In this document: positions 11,075 to 22,703 of the stretch, piece by piece
How the letters are laid out: the number at the start of each line of letters is the position of its first letter
Position numbering within the stretch: position 1 is the stretch's first letter
From: Tubiluchus corallicola
Lineage: Eukaryota > Animalia > Priapulida
DNA length: 27,393 bases
Direction: 5' to 3'
NCBI GenBank assembly: GCA_030141605.1
Contig: JAQGDQ010001736.1
Span: 1-27,393, forward strand
Made by a program: the position numbers and the translations under genes
Notes under the pieces: model-generated
What the model saw: only the letters and a program-made list of their open reading frames with translations
The model's database searches: none
What the model was told of the DNA's origin: nothing

Positions 11075-11346
11075 ATTCTCTGTTTTCTTGCTTTTCTTTT
11101 TTCCTTCCCCATCTTCTCTCCTCTCCTCTCCTCTTCTCTTATCTTTCCTTCCCTTCCCTTTTCTTCCCCTCCCTTTTTTCTTCTCTCCTCTCCTCTCTTC
11201 TCCTCCCCTTTTCTCTACTTTTTTCTCCTCTCCTCTCTTGCTCACTCCCTTCTTCTTTCTTCTCTCCTTTTCTTTTCTTCACTCCTCTGCTTCTCTCCTG
11301 TTGTCTTCTCTGCATTGCTCTTCTCCTTCTTTCCCCCCTCCCTTTC
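11075..11346. repeat. Polypyrimidine/polypurine low-complexity tract
   Basis: About 270 nt almost entirely C/T on the + strand. Confidence 0.9.
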
Positions 11347-11478
11347 AAAAATTACCTTGATTTCTTCATGATTTGATTTTGATATCTCCCCCCCTTCCCC
11401 CAGTGGCGACACGACCTCCGAGCTGTTTACATTTCACACTCGTTATTACATCAAATACTTTCTCATCACATATTTCAG

Positions 11479-11576
11479 GATGATATCGAGAGGAACAGAT
11501 TGGTAGCTTACTGGACTCACCTCGGTGCTGTCATGTTTGGCTGTATTCTCATGTTCATATTTGACATGGCCGAAAG
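11479..11576 (+). CDS. wls: Wntless coding exon (DDIERNRLVAYWTHLGAVMFGCILMFIFDMAER), absent from the ORF track
   Basis: tttcag acceptor and gtatgt donor, phases 0/2. Matches WLS DQHERNHIAGYW...FIFDMCER. Confidence 0.95.
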
Positions 11577-11751
11577 GTATGTAACCGTGTACAACTCAAT
11601 GTTGTCTGTAGGAAAAATGAACTTTTTGCAGTGTGAAATGAACCTATGATTCTAACTGTTTAAACCTCATTGAAGAATTAACCGTTGAAATGGCTGAGTG
11701 GTCACACATTAGGTCAGTTTAGTCGCTCGTCTCAAGTTGTTATCCTTGATA

Positions 11752-12175
11752 AATGAGCTAGGTTCTAGTCCTACCATACTCATCCATGTTGAGGTTAGGT
11801 TCCAGTCCTACTTCACTCATCCGTATTGAGGCTAGATTCCAGTCCTACCACAAGCACTCGCATTGAAGCTAGATTCCAGTCCTACCACACTCATCCGTAT
11901 TGAGGCTAGATTCCAGTCCTACCTAACTCATCCGTATTGAGGCTAGGCTCCAGTCCTACCACACTCATCCGTATTGAGGCTAGATTCCAGTCCTACCACA
12001 AGCACTCGCATTGAGGCTAGATTCCAGTCCTACCACAAGCACTCACATTGAGGCTAGATTCCAGTCCTACCACAAGCACTCGCATTGAGGCTAGATTCCA
12101 GTCCTACCACACTCATCCGTATTGAGGCTAGATTCCAGTCCTACCACAAGCACTCGCATTGAGGCTAGATTTCAT
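11752..12175. repeat. 37-bp minisatellite, about 11 copies, with two interspersed variants
   Basis: Unit attgaggctagattccagtcctaccac followed by actcatccgt or aagcactcgc. Confidence 0.93.
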
Positions 12176-12280
12176 TCCAAACTTTGCGTGCACGAATTAC
12201 TTTTTCGTCAAGTTGTTATCCTTGATAAATGAGCTAGTTTCCAGTCCTACCACACTCGTCAAGTTGTTTTCTATTTTCAG

Positions 12281-12488
12281 GGGCGTTCAGCTGCGCAATC
12301 CGTTCTACAGCATCTGGTCGACGGATCTCGGGACAAAGATCGCCTTCTCATTCATCATAATGGCGGGAATCTGCGCATGCCTCTACTTCGTCCTCTTGTG
12401 CTACATGATCTTCAAAGTCTTCCGTAACATCTCGTTCAAGCGCGGAGCCCTTCCCAACATGCCTAGCGGACGGCGGATGTACTTCGAG
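12281..12488 (+). CDS. wls: Wntless coding exon ([12 protein letters not shown]...GRRMYFE)
   Basis: tttcag acceptor and gtaaat donor. Matches WLS RGVQLTNPFYSIW...AGICLCLYF...VFRNIS. Confidence 0.96.
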
Positions 12489-12700
12489 GTAAATATGGGG
12501 GGGGGGGTAGCATTGTTGGCTTCGTCGAGTCGCCCGTTTGTTCGCGAATGTCTCATGGGAGCACTCCCTTTCACCCTCGAAACCACTACTTTGGGAAAGA
12601 TGATTGCACTCATATCTCGGTTTGCTGATTCTCCCTTTTATCAGGAAGAATCAGACAGAATCTTGACCGGAGGCCCTTATACTACGGACACAGTCCGTTG

Positions 12701-12983
12701 TTTCACAAGCTGACCGCTAATAGGCGAGCCATCACTTTGTTTACATCATTACATCAGCGTAACCAAGCAGCAACACGTGCTTCTACGTATATTATAGTGC
12801 AGAAGTAAGTGAAGTAAAACGATGAAAATAGTAAAAGGTCATTGGTCACACAAAAGTACCTTATTTAAGCATGTGCAGAAAAATTATAGAGTCGGTTATG
12901 GGGAGTTATTTGAGTCAATCTCCTACGGTTTTTACATATTTTTGCATAGGAGCAGCTCGTACTAGGTATTATTGAGACAATTA
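12701..12983 (+). mobile_element. Diverged internal fragment of MITE family A
   Basis: tttcacaagctgaccgcta...cactttgtttacatc...ttttgcataggagc is shared with 6877-7065. Confidence 0.7.
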
Positions 12984-13442
12984 GATGATTGATTCTACAT
13001 TAGCATGAGTCTAATACATGCCAACTACTGTGTTAGTTTAGTATCGGTAAATACAGACAATCGGCAAAGCTGACTAATGTCTCCCAGCTTTTGTCTGACA
13101 AACTGAGATATGAGTGTGTTTTTGTTGCTGTCTATGTGCAGAATGTCCTTTACTCTTTCACAGTTCTCTAGCAATAAACGTACCATTTTCCAAGATAAAA
13201 GATCTTTAATTATCACCCCATTTCGTGTGTGAAAATGTGTATTGAGCAATAATTTTATGGTCACAAGGAGAGACCGGTATAGTCATGTGCGCTATCGAGT
13301 CACGCCACGGCTGTTGCTGCTACATAACATCGTTCATCGTGGGCAAGATGTTGAAGAATTTCAGTGATTTTCTAAAGATTATGTTGTATCTGTGTTATAA
13401 TAAGCCTTTTCACATTTCCAGCGATTGATGACGATCGTGAAA

Positions 13443-13743
13443 AGGTCAAAGGTTAAGTGTACCAGACGACGCATTTGCATACACTTGACAATGCCTCGCA
13501 GTTCAAGCTGTTGTAATAGTAGCAGTTTTAACAGCTAGAACCTTACCTAGTTCATTTTTTCTTGTTCCCAAGCAACATCCTGCTAGTAAATCATTCTACA
13601 CATAGACTAATGTATAATTATGTAAAGTCCATATAAAAATATTGGAGTTACAGAACTGATGAGACAGATGGCTTTGCTTTACACACATGTCGCGTGATGG
13701 TTGTAGTAAGACTCGTTGCTGTGGTACACTTAACCTTTGACCT
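13443..13743. mobile_element. Repeat family C: core bounded by a perfect 22-bp inverted repeat AGGTCAAAGGTTAAGTGTACCA
   Basis: IR arms at 13443-13464 and 13722-13743. A related, shorter, inverted copy lies at 18227-18357. Confidence 0.75.
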
Positions 13744-13804
13744 GTAGCAACTGCACGTGTGTACAATGAAACTGTCAGCTTGTGAATTTTCCCGTATTTT
13801 TCAG

Positions 13805-13970
13805 GGAATCATTTACAGGTTCAAGTTTCTCATGCTGGTCACTCTCCTCTGCGCAGCTCTGACCGTCATCTTCTTCATCGTGAGTCAAGTAGCCGAGGGT
13901 CATTGGAAGTGGGCTGAAGACATCGAAGGGCAGCAAACCAAACTGGAGTATGTCAGTGCCTTTTACACAG
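13805..13970 (+). CDS. wls: Wntless coding exon ([36 protein letters not shown]...SAFYTG)
   Basis: tttcag acceptor and gtatgt donor (phase 1). Strong match to WLS RFKFLM...EGHWKW...SAFFTG. Confidence 0.96.
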
Positions 13971-14225
13971 GTATGTTTTTGTACAGGTGTGCTTTCCATA
14001 TAGGTAAGTTTTTCATACAGGTATGTTTCTGTACAGGTGTGCTTTCCATATAGGTAAGTTTTTCATACAGGCACGTTTTTGTACAGGTGTGCTTTCCATA
14101 TAGGTAAGTTTTTCATACAGGTATGTTTCTGTACAGGTGTGCTTTCCATATAGGTAAGTTTTTCATACAGGTATGTTTTTGTACAGGTGTGCTTTCCATA
14201 TAGGTAAGTTTTTCATACAGGTATG
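13967..14225. repeat. 50-bp tandem repeat (5 copies) starting at the exon donor
   Basis: Units start at 13971, 14021, 14071, 14121 and 14171. Confidence 0.95.
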
Positions 14226-14614
14226 AAAGTATCCATCCAAAGTGGGGTGGTACAACGACGTTTTACTGTATTTATTAGTTTTATGCCAACACCACTTTCT
14301 CTTTACTATGTAGAATGTTGATTTTAAATAGCAATTTGAGAGAAAATGTCGTAGAGTGTCAACTGTGCAAGTTCCTAGTAACAGCAGGTTAAAGATACTG
14401 ACAATCTGTTTTATTCTGGTGGTGTGCCTTAGGGATCTGGTTTTGCACCTTTATTATTTAGTATGTTTATCAGTGAGAAGATATTATGTTTTGTGCACTT
14501 CTCAACTTTAACTCTTTTGGTTTCTGAGCTAGAAAATTTATAAAAGTCTTCTCTTCTCAGTTTCACAGCTTTGTGTTTGTGTGTGATAAAAGGGGCTTTT
14601 CCTTTTTTTGTCTT

Positions 14615-15318
14615 TTGGGTAAATTATTTGCATGCTTGCATAACGAAATCATCCATAAGTCGGCAGTTTAGTTTTTCTAATTATTTACATATCCTGAATC
14701 TGCATTTCATGAGGATCATTTTGATACCAAGCTCATCTCTTTATGTTATTTCTAAGCTGAGATAATCCACATTGAAGTTGAGATGCAGGCTGCGCACTGA
14801 AAAACAACCTTGAAAAAATCACTGTTAAAGTCAGCCATTGTTTTTTGTCGCGTTTCTACAAAACTCTTAGCAACCGCATGAATGTTGGTTGCTACGGACT
14901 TTGCAATGAACACGTTGAAGTTGTGTTTAAATCCAGTAGATGGCTCTTCCTGACGAAGATCTGGGCTTGGTAACAGAAAAAACCACGAAGCAAAATGACT
15001 GCTTCCATGAGCTATAATCGGAGTTTGAAAATACAAGTTTTTTACAATTGCAGTGTTAGTTTCTAGACAGAAAAGTGGGTTTGGGATTATAAAATTAAAT
15101 TTTTAGTATTTTCTTGATCTAGATTCTTTAATGTTAGAATATAGAAGTCCAATATATTTAGCGGTGGTTTTTATAAAGTACGAAAAATTAGCATTTGACC
15201 AAATTTTTGGTGTTTTCGACTTTCAAGCATCATTACGTAGTTTTAAGGGTGCCAATTTAAGGACGGTTTTCGTTTGCAACAGACAAATGTATTTTAACTT
15301 TCTGACATGTTTACCAAA
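14615..15318 (-). mobile_element. About 700-bp TIR element, family B, copy 1 (intronic; boundaries approximate)
   Basis: Aligns by eye in inverted orientation with about 17066-17745. Its ends carry diverged tgcttgca...ccataag inverted repeats. Confidence 0.8.
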
Positions 15319-15345
15319 AATAACATGCGTTTGTTTATTCCGCAG

Positions 15346-15432
15346 GTACGTTCGGAATGTGGAACATCTACATTTTCACGTTGCTCTTCCTCTACGCTCC
15401 GAGTCATAAGTTTGCTGTCCCGCTTTCTTCTG
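15346..15432 (+). CDS. wls: Wntless coding exon (GTFGMWNIYIFTLLFLYAPSHKFAVPLSS)
   Basis: ccgcag acceptor and gtgagt donor. Matches WLS GMWNLYVFALMFLYAPSHK. Confidence 0.96.
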
Positions 15433-15910
15433 GTGAGTTCGTTTTTGGTGAATTTAGTAAATTTTCTGCTTTTCTTTCATATCGTTAGCTTTTAGTGCAA
15501 ACAGAAAAGTGTCTTAATAGGAGTATGTGTGGAGATCGTTCAAACATTAGGATTACATTTCGCAGACTGCCGAGTAGTGCTGCCTCCTATTAATGGATTT
15601 TATCGTAAGTCGGCTGGCTGTGACGTTCGACTAAGCGCTCGATCATAAATTAACCCAATCGATGATTGCTTAATACAGTCATACCTCCGTTGCCGAACGT
15701 CTCCGTATTAGTACAAATCGGTTTTAGTTTGTGATGTCGTCAATAGTTGGGCTCGCCCGCCGTTAATCAAGTTTTTAATCTATTATTTAATTATCAGAAA
15801 TGCTTTTGCAGTATTAATCGAGTTAAAATGTATGCTTTTTATCGGATTTGAAAATGTAGTGTACGAAAAATCATCCTGTCTTCCTTTTGCTTAAATTGCC
15901 GACGATCAAC

Positions 15911-16613
15911 GTGGCTTATGGCAGGGTTCAATATGGGATATCTTTACGCCGAAGCAGAGTGGCTTACGGCAGGTTCAATATGGGCTATCTTTACACTGAA
16001 GCAGAGTGGCTTACGGCAGGGTTCAATGTGGGATATCTTTACGCTGAAGCAGAGTGGCTTACGGCAGGGTTCAATGTGGGATATCTTTACGCTGAAGCAG
16101 AGTGGCTTACGGCAGGGTTCAATATGGGATATCTTTACGCCGAAGCAGAGTGGCTTACGGCAGGTTCAATATGGGCTATCTTTACACTGAAGCAGAGTGG
16201 CTTACGGCAGGGTTCAATGTGGGATATCTTTACACTGAAGCAGAGTGGCTTACGGCAGGGTTCAATGTGGGATATCTTTACGCTGAAGCAGAGTGGCTTA
16301 CGGCAGGGTTCAATGTGGGATATCTTTACGCTGAAGCAGAGTGGCTTACGGCAGGGTTCAATATGGGCTATCTTTATGCTGAAGCAGAGTGGCTTACGGC
16401 AGGTTCAATATGGGCTATCTTTACGCTGAAGCAGAGTGGCTTACGGCAGGGTTCAATGTGGGATATATTTACACTGAAGCAGAGTGGCTTACGGCAGGGT
16501 TCAATATGGGCTATCTTTATGCTGAAGCAGAGTGGCTTACGGCAGGGTTCAATATGGGATATCTTTACGCTGAAGCAGAGTGGCTTACGGCAGGGTTCAA
16601 TATGGGATATCTT
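15911..16613. repeat. 48/47-bp minisatellite, about 14.7 copies
   Basis: Unit gtggcttacggcagggttcaatatgggatatctttacgctgaagcaga. Confidence 0.96.
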
Positions 16614-16908
16614 GCCGCCTTGAGGTCTAGGAGTGAAAGAGGCAGTGAATATTCTAATATAGTATATTACACGAATACAACTGTTATGATTGATCACCAG
16701 TCGATCGTCGATTGTGATGGTCAGTAATCGATCATAGAAACAAGAACGATTCTCCGCACTACTGTCCAGTCTGTGTAGATCTTTTTAATGAATGCACCCC
16801 CCAGAAATGAGATGCAAATGTTGACCACAGGTCATCTTTAGCGGCACTTTTTTCAAATGTCCACATTTCGATTCATTGTTAACATCCCCAATGTTGTCAA
16901 CGTTGCAG

Positions 16909-17021
16909 CTGATGCTGATGATGACGGCAACGAGGAGATAGAGTTCGCCCGATTGACCACTCAACTGACCACGGAGGCATCTCATCTCACGGCATTCGCA
17001 AAGAAGTCAGCGGCCGATTAG
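16909..17021 (+). CDS. wls: Wntless terminal coding exon (ADADDDGNEEIEFARLTTQLTTEASHLTAFAKKSAAD*)
   Basis: ttgcag acceptor in the correct phase (1) and TAG at 17019-17021. EEIEF and the basic-then-acidic C-terminus resemble invertebrate Wls tails. Confidence 0.9.
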
Positions 17022-17065
17022 AGTGGTAATCAGCGAAGTGGACGTAGCTTGGTTAGCCAGTTCCG

Positions 17066-17745
17066 TGGTAAAAGAAATATATGTGTGCTTGCAAACCAAA
17101 ACCATCCATAAGTGGGCAGAATTAAAACTTCAAAGTAGGAAGCATCAAAAATTTGCTCAAATGTTTTTTTATAAAAACAAATGCTAAATATATTGGACTT
17201 CTGTATTTCAGCATGAAATTATCAGGAAAATGTTCAAAAAATTACTAAAAATCTAATTTTATAACCCCAAATCCACATTTCTGGCTAGAAACTAGTAGTA
17301 CAATTGTAAAAAACTTGTATTTTCAAACTCTGATAGTAGCTCATGGAAGCTGCCATTTTGCTTCCGGTTTTTTCTGTTGACAAACCCAGATCTTCATCTG
17401 GAAGATCCATCTACTGGATTTAAACATAACTCCAATGTGTTCTTGCAAAGTCCATAGCAACCAGACTTTCATACGGTTGCTAAATGTTTTGTAGAAACGT
17501 GACAAAAAACAATGACTGACTTTAATAGTGATTTTCTCAAGATTATGTTTTTCAGTGCGCAGCCTGCACCTCAACTTCAACGTGGATTATCTCAGCTTAG
17601 AAATAACATAGAGCGATGAACTTGGTATTAAAATGATCCTCATGAAATGGAGATTCAGGATGTGAATAACTAGAAAAACTTAATTGCTGACGTGTGGACA
17701 ATTTTGTTATGCAAGCACACATATTTACTCCACATGCGTTTACCA
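17066..17745 (+). mobile_element. TIR element family B, copy 2, in the presumptive wls 3' UTR
   Basis: Inverted homologue of 14615-15318, with its own terminal IRs aaatat..tgtgtgcttgca / tgcaagcacacatattt. Confidence 0.8.
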
Positions 17746-18226
17746 TTTGTACATACGTGTCAAACGAGGCTGTAAGAAGGGGTTCACAAGAATAAATTCA
17801 GGGGTACATGATCAAACACTTAGTCCTTTAAGATCAAAATCCAAATTTAATTTCCTTAAAATTGTGCAGCTTACGTAATCATCATATTTATTACCTAATA
17901 TCTATTCCGTGTATTGTACTTGAATTAATGAGTTATATGTATTTAATATCGTATATTTAGAAAAGACAGGTGCATATTACATATATTTTACATAGGCAAG
18001 CTTATTGACTGAAATTGTTCGAAATATTTGTAGAAATTTACATATTAAATGAAGTTTGATATTTAGACGACAAATATTTATGTCCAATTTATAATCATGG
18101 ACAAATAATTTATTTTGAATTGTTTTTTATGAAACACTTTTTGGTACAATTATATACAGTTTGTACAATTATAAATACGCCTTTTCACGGTTTCGTTGTG
18201 CGCAGGTCAAAGGCGTAGGTTGGCGT

Positions 18227-18357
18227 AGGTCAAAGGTTAAGTGTACCACAGCAGCGCAAATCGTCACGTGATGTGTTCGTAATTATAACAGCATGGGCTG
18301 CAAGGCATTGTCAAGTGTAACACAAACGCGCTGTCAGGTGCACTTAACCTTTGACCT
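18227..18357. mobile_element. Repeat family C, short inverted copy
   Basis: Same IR arms. Internal ctgcaaggcattgtcaagtgta is nearly the reverse complement of about 13480-13501. Confidence 0.7.
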
Positions 18358-19449
18358 CTTCACATTAATTGTTAATCGCTGGAACTGTAGTTGTTATCAT
18401 GACGAAGTGGAAAATGAACGATATTAGTTTTATAGAACGTGTTTATCGTATAATAACATAGATGACTCGGTAACTTTTTTGTGCTAGTGTTTCGTAAAAC
18501 AATTTCGTGGTGTTAATGAATATAGTATTAATGCTACTGGTTCCCGTTTGGTGTCGCCTGTGAGCAGGGCAAGGACTACAGGCAAATTTCACTATGACCC
18601 CCCTGCCCATAACACCAACCTTGCTTAATGCCCAAATTTTTGGCAAAACAAAATGTCTATATATATATATATGGCGAAACATCGGTTAATACACATTGTT
18701 AAAATGTCAAACTCGCCGTCTTAACGCCAAACTTTCTGCAATCCAAGAGCAAGTGGGATAAAGAGGCTTGACTGCGTCTTCAAATAGGATTAGCAGCTTT
18801 ATTCAGTCTCGTTTTTTGTTCAAAATATTAGCAACCCTGTCTCAGTTGCTAGAGGTGAGCTACCGTAACTAAGGACTGAATTTTGCTGGCGCCATCTAAC
18901 GTGTAAAAAGTCAACTTACAAAACCGATTTCCTCTTATATAAACCACCAAGAAACTGCATTTTCTTTCCGTTTCTGTGTAAAACTGAAATTTGCTTGTTT
19001 ATTGAATTTGTCGATTGATAAAAATATGTTTCACGGTCTACACTCATGACAGGCACGTGTTGCAGTGAGCGAAACGGGAACTCGTTCTATTAATATATAG
19101 TTTACAATAAGCTTTTACATGAATCAAAGGTTGTTAATATGCAAACTATTGCTGTCGATTTTCGTCAGTACATAGAAAACCCGTATTTCAGTTTTTTGTG
19201 TGTATTGTATCTATTTACAACCATGTATCTGTATCATAGCAACGACTATGTCATGTGAGATTTTATCTAACATATTTGTAGCATTTATGTACGATTTACA
19301 TGTGTATTTATATAAGAAATGTTATTTACACCAATTACTGTGTTTGACTGTTATATTTAGTCATTTGGTGATTTTGTACCACAGCGTCTTGTCTTGACTA
19401 GGAAAATCTACAGTTTTCTATAGAAGAACTCGATTTTTTAATGTTATTT

Positions 19450-19594
19450 TGCTTATGGATGATTGAGCTATGACTGCATGCTTACGAATGATTGAGCTAT
19501 GGCTGCATGCTTACAAATGATTGAGCTATGACTGCATGCTTACAAATGATTGAGCTATGACTGCATGCTTACGAATGATTGAGCTATGACTGCA
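19450..19594. repeat. 29-bp tandem repeat, about 5 copies
   Basis: Unit atgattgagctatgactgcatgcttacga. Confidence 0.93.
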
Positions 19595-20930
19595 ATGAGT
19601 GGTGGCTCATGGATAAAATTAACCTGGTGCTGCTTTAGAAAATTTTTAGCCATGTAATTTTAATGTTGTACTTTGTAATTGTATTTTTAATAGTTTGTTG
19701 CTTACTAAGAGCCTAAACTGTTGCAGTTCAAGCTTAATCCGTTCACGGTAAGCAGGTGTCAACTAACAACAAACTGTGTGAGGGGCAGTACTTTCTCTAC
19801 CTGGACTTGGGCATGTGTGCATGGCCGCATATAAACAACAGCTAAACATCGCGTTGCTGGAGCGCACTGTACTGGGCTGTGAAGCAAACAGTACCACCCT
19901 CACGTGCTCTGGTTCCGTACAAGTATAAAGAAAGAACTTAAGAAAACACTCATTATATTGAATATTATTGATAATATTAAGTGAAACTAGGGGGTGCTGC
20001 AGTTCCACAGTACCTATACGCGAGCCGCCACTGGTGATGCGTATTAACAAAGTTCACGGCTCCCTTTCCATCATTTTGGTTTGTGAAAATTGGAGGCCAT
20101 TTCTCTGTCTAAATTTCAGCTTGACAATTATAGCGGTGACATTAGAAAAGGAAGCACAGGCTTTGGGTGAACAACATATAGCTGAGGATTTGTTTCAGCT
20201 CTTCAAGACAACAATATTTCTTCTAAACGAGTTTTTGAGAGCCGAAAGAAATTCTCAACTAAATCCAAAGCTGAATTTCCGATCAGCGAAAATTGTCGCC
20301 TAGGCAACGGCGGTTTCCAATATGCACATCGAAGCGTGACGCGCATTCGGATGACAACAATCACATTTGAGTGAATATGGATAATCCATCATGGATTGCA
20401 AGTGGATCCAGATTACGTGGAGTCGTATTTTTACTCTACAGTTACAGCTGACGTAACTGACACCGTTGCCAGTTTGGTAACCTTCACAAAAGGATGGATT
20501 CCCGTACTGCCACAAGGACCTTTCTAATCAAAGTTCAAGTCACAAGAAAAACTCGTAACACATTCCTTCAATATGTTTTAACAATTTTAAATATAAGAAC
20601 TGCATTTTTATTAAGATTTAATTTAATTTTACAAAAAAATTGCTGAAAAAAATACCACCACTCTGGCACACGTTCTAGACACAGACACGTTTTAAACTAC
20701 GTCTAAAAATTTATAGTCAAATATTCTAGATCATCGTTACAAAAGGTAAGATCTCGTGCGGCAGAGTTCGATATACAGCCTCGTTTAAATTAACTAAATT
20801 GAACGAACACGAATTCTTTACTATTCACAAACACTTAGTCAATGAATGATAACGTTGCCGACCGCACAAAAACCAAAAAACAGAAACGGAATTATTATAA
20901 GACGAGTGAAACGAAAACCGAAATGTGGTA

Positions 20931-22226
20931 CAGTAAGTCCTCGCTTAACGACACCCCGTTTAGCGACGTTTCGTTTCAACAGTGCGGAACATTTCCTCGC
21001 TTAACGACTCCCCGTTTAGCGACGTTTCGCTTCAACAGTGCGGAACATTTCCTCGCTTAATGACTCCCCGTTTAGCGACGTTTCGCTTCAACAGTGCGGA
21101 ACATTTCCTCACTTAACAACTTCCCGTTTAGCGACGTTTCGCTTCAACAGCGCGGAACATTTCCTCACTTAACAACTTCCCGTTTAGCGACGTTTCGCTT
21201 CAACAGTGCAGAACATTTCCTTGCTTAACAACTTCCCGTTTAGCGACGTTTCGCTTCAACAGCGCGGAACATTTCCTTGCTTAACGACTTCCCGTTTAGC
21301 GACGTTTCGCTTCAACAGTGCGGAACATTTCCTCGCTTAACGACTCCCCGTTTAGCGACGTTTCGCTTCAACAGTGCGGAACATTTCCTCACTTAACGAC
21401 TCCCCGTTTAGCGACGTTTCGCTTCAACAGTGCGGAACATTTCCTCGCTTAACGACTCCCCGTTTAGCGACGTTTCGCTTCAACAGCGCGGAACATTTCC
21501 TCGCTTAACGACTCCCCGTTTAGCGACGTTTCGCTTCAACAGTGCGGAACATTTCCTTGCTTAACGACTTCCCGTTTAGCGACGTTTCGCTTCAACAGTG
21601 CGGAACATTTCCTTGCTTAACGACTCCCCGTTTAGCGACGTTTCGCTTCAACAGTGCGGAACATTTGACATCTTTTTCTTACTTAATGACGCACGTAACG
21701 ACGATGACCTCACTACTCGAAATAGATCTCATAAGACCTATGACTTTGCTTCTGCTGTTTGAGTACAGACATAACTAAATGATTACAAATTAGGCACTGT
21801 TCTATTCAGGAGAATCTCGGCTATCCAATAATGCCGTTTATGTAAACATTTATAAGTGATTTAATTGGATAAAATTAAGAAAAACACGCCTTTTCATTCC
21901 CTCCAACTTGAAAGTGATACTGCATATTGTTACAGTGCAAACACTGCAGTTACTGAAATCTTTTTTCAATTTTTGTCAAAAATCGATTTTGAATTTGTCT
22001 AAGGTGAGCAAATGTATTTCATATATAATTTTGCAAAAAAAATCATTGTGTGAGGAGTAGAAACCAACAATTATCAAATATAATGTAATTGCTGCTTAGT
22101 TAGAGCAGTTTTTCGTGAACCCAGGCAAAATTCAGCAAATGCTTACGGTCCTGAAGGAATTAACAACATTTCGCTTAGCGTTGCATTTTGCCGGACACAT
22201 TAGCGTCGTTAAGCGAGGACATACTA
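20931..22226. mobile_element. Tc1/mariner (pogo/Tigger-like) non-autonomous element
   Basis: TA|CAGTAAGTCCTCGCTTAACGAC ... GTCGTTAAGCGAGGACATACTA|TA: 22-bp TIRs (20/22 match) with TA target duplication. Confidence 0.72.
20939..21666. repeat. 56-bp minisatellite, 13 copies, inside the Tigger-like element
   Basis: Unit cctcgcttaacgactccccgtttagcgacgtttcgcttcaacagtgcggaacattt. Confidence 0.96.
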
Positions 22227-22703
22227 TACCACCTAAACTAGAACAGAACTACTAATGCAGCAAATGCAAAAGGAGTTAACTTTGCTTTGCGTTGCATTTT
22301 GCTAAGCGAGGACTCACTGCACTTTCTCCCGTGTAATTGCACGCAATGAACAACAAACAAAAAGTAGGAAAAATGACGTCAGGGAAAAAAAACGGGAACT
22401 AAATTAACCGAACGAAGGAAAACTCACAGCGACACACGCTCGTTGTCGCACAATTTCACGTCGAAGTAACGGAAAGAAAAGAAAATTACAAACTAAATAA
22501 ACTTTAGTAACAAATGTTAAAACAGAGAACTAGAACTGATTCTAGTGATAAATAATCACAACCTAGTATAACTTTATTACCCTCCCTGCCCCGCCCATAA
22601 TGGCTTTTGCTAAATATCTCCCAAATTCATTGACAAAACCGAGATATATATGTGTGGCAAATTTGAAAGTGACGCGAATGAGACTAAAGTCTGAATCGTG
22701 GGG

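Noticed and set aside
11003-11360. Lys/Arg/Glu-rich and Phe/Ser/Leu-rich ORFs
   Set aside because: They are a by-product of the polypyrimidine tract.
15887-16727. Repeat-protein ORFs (GYLYAEAEWLTAGFN)
   Set aside because: This is a 48-bp intronic minisatellite whose 47-bp units break the frame.
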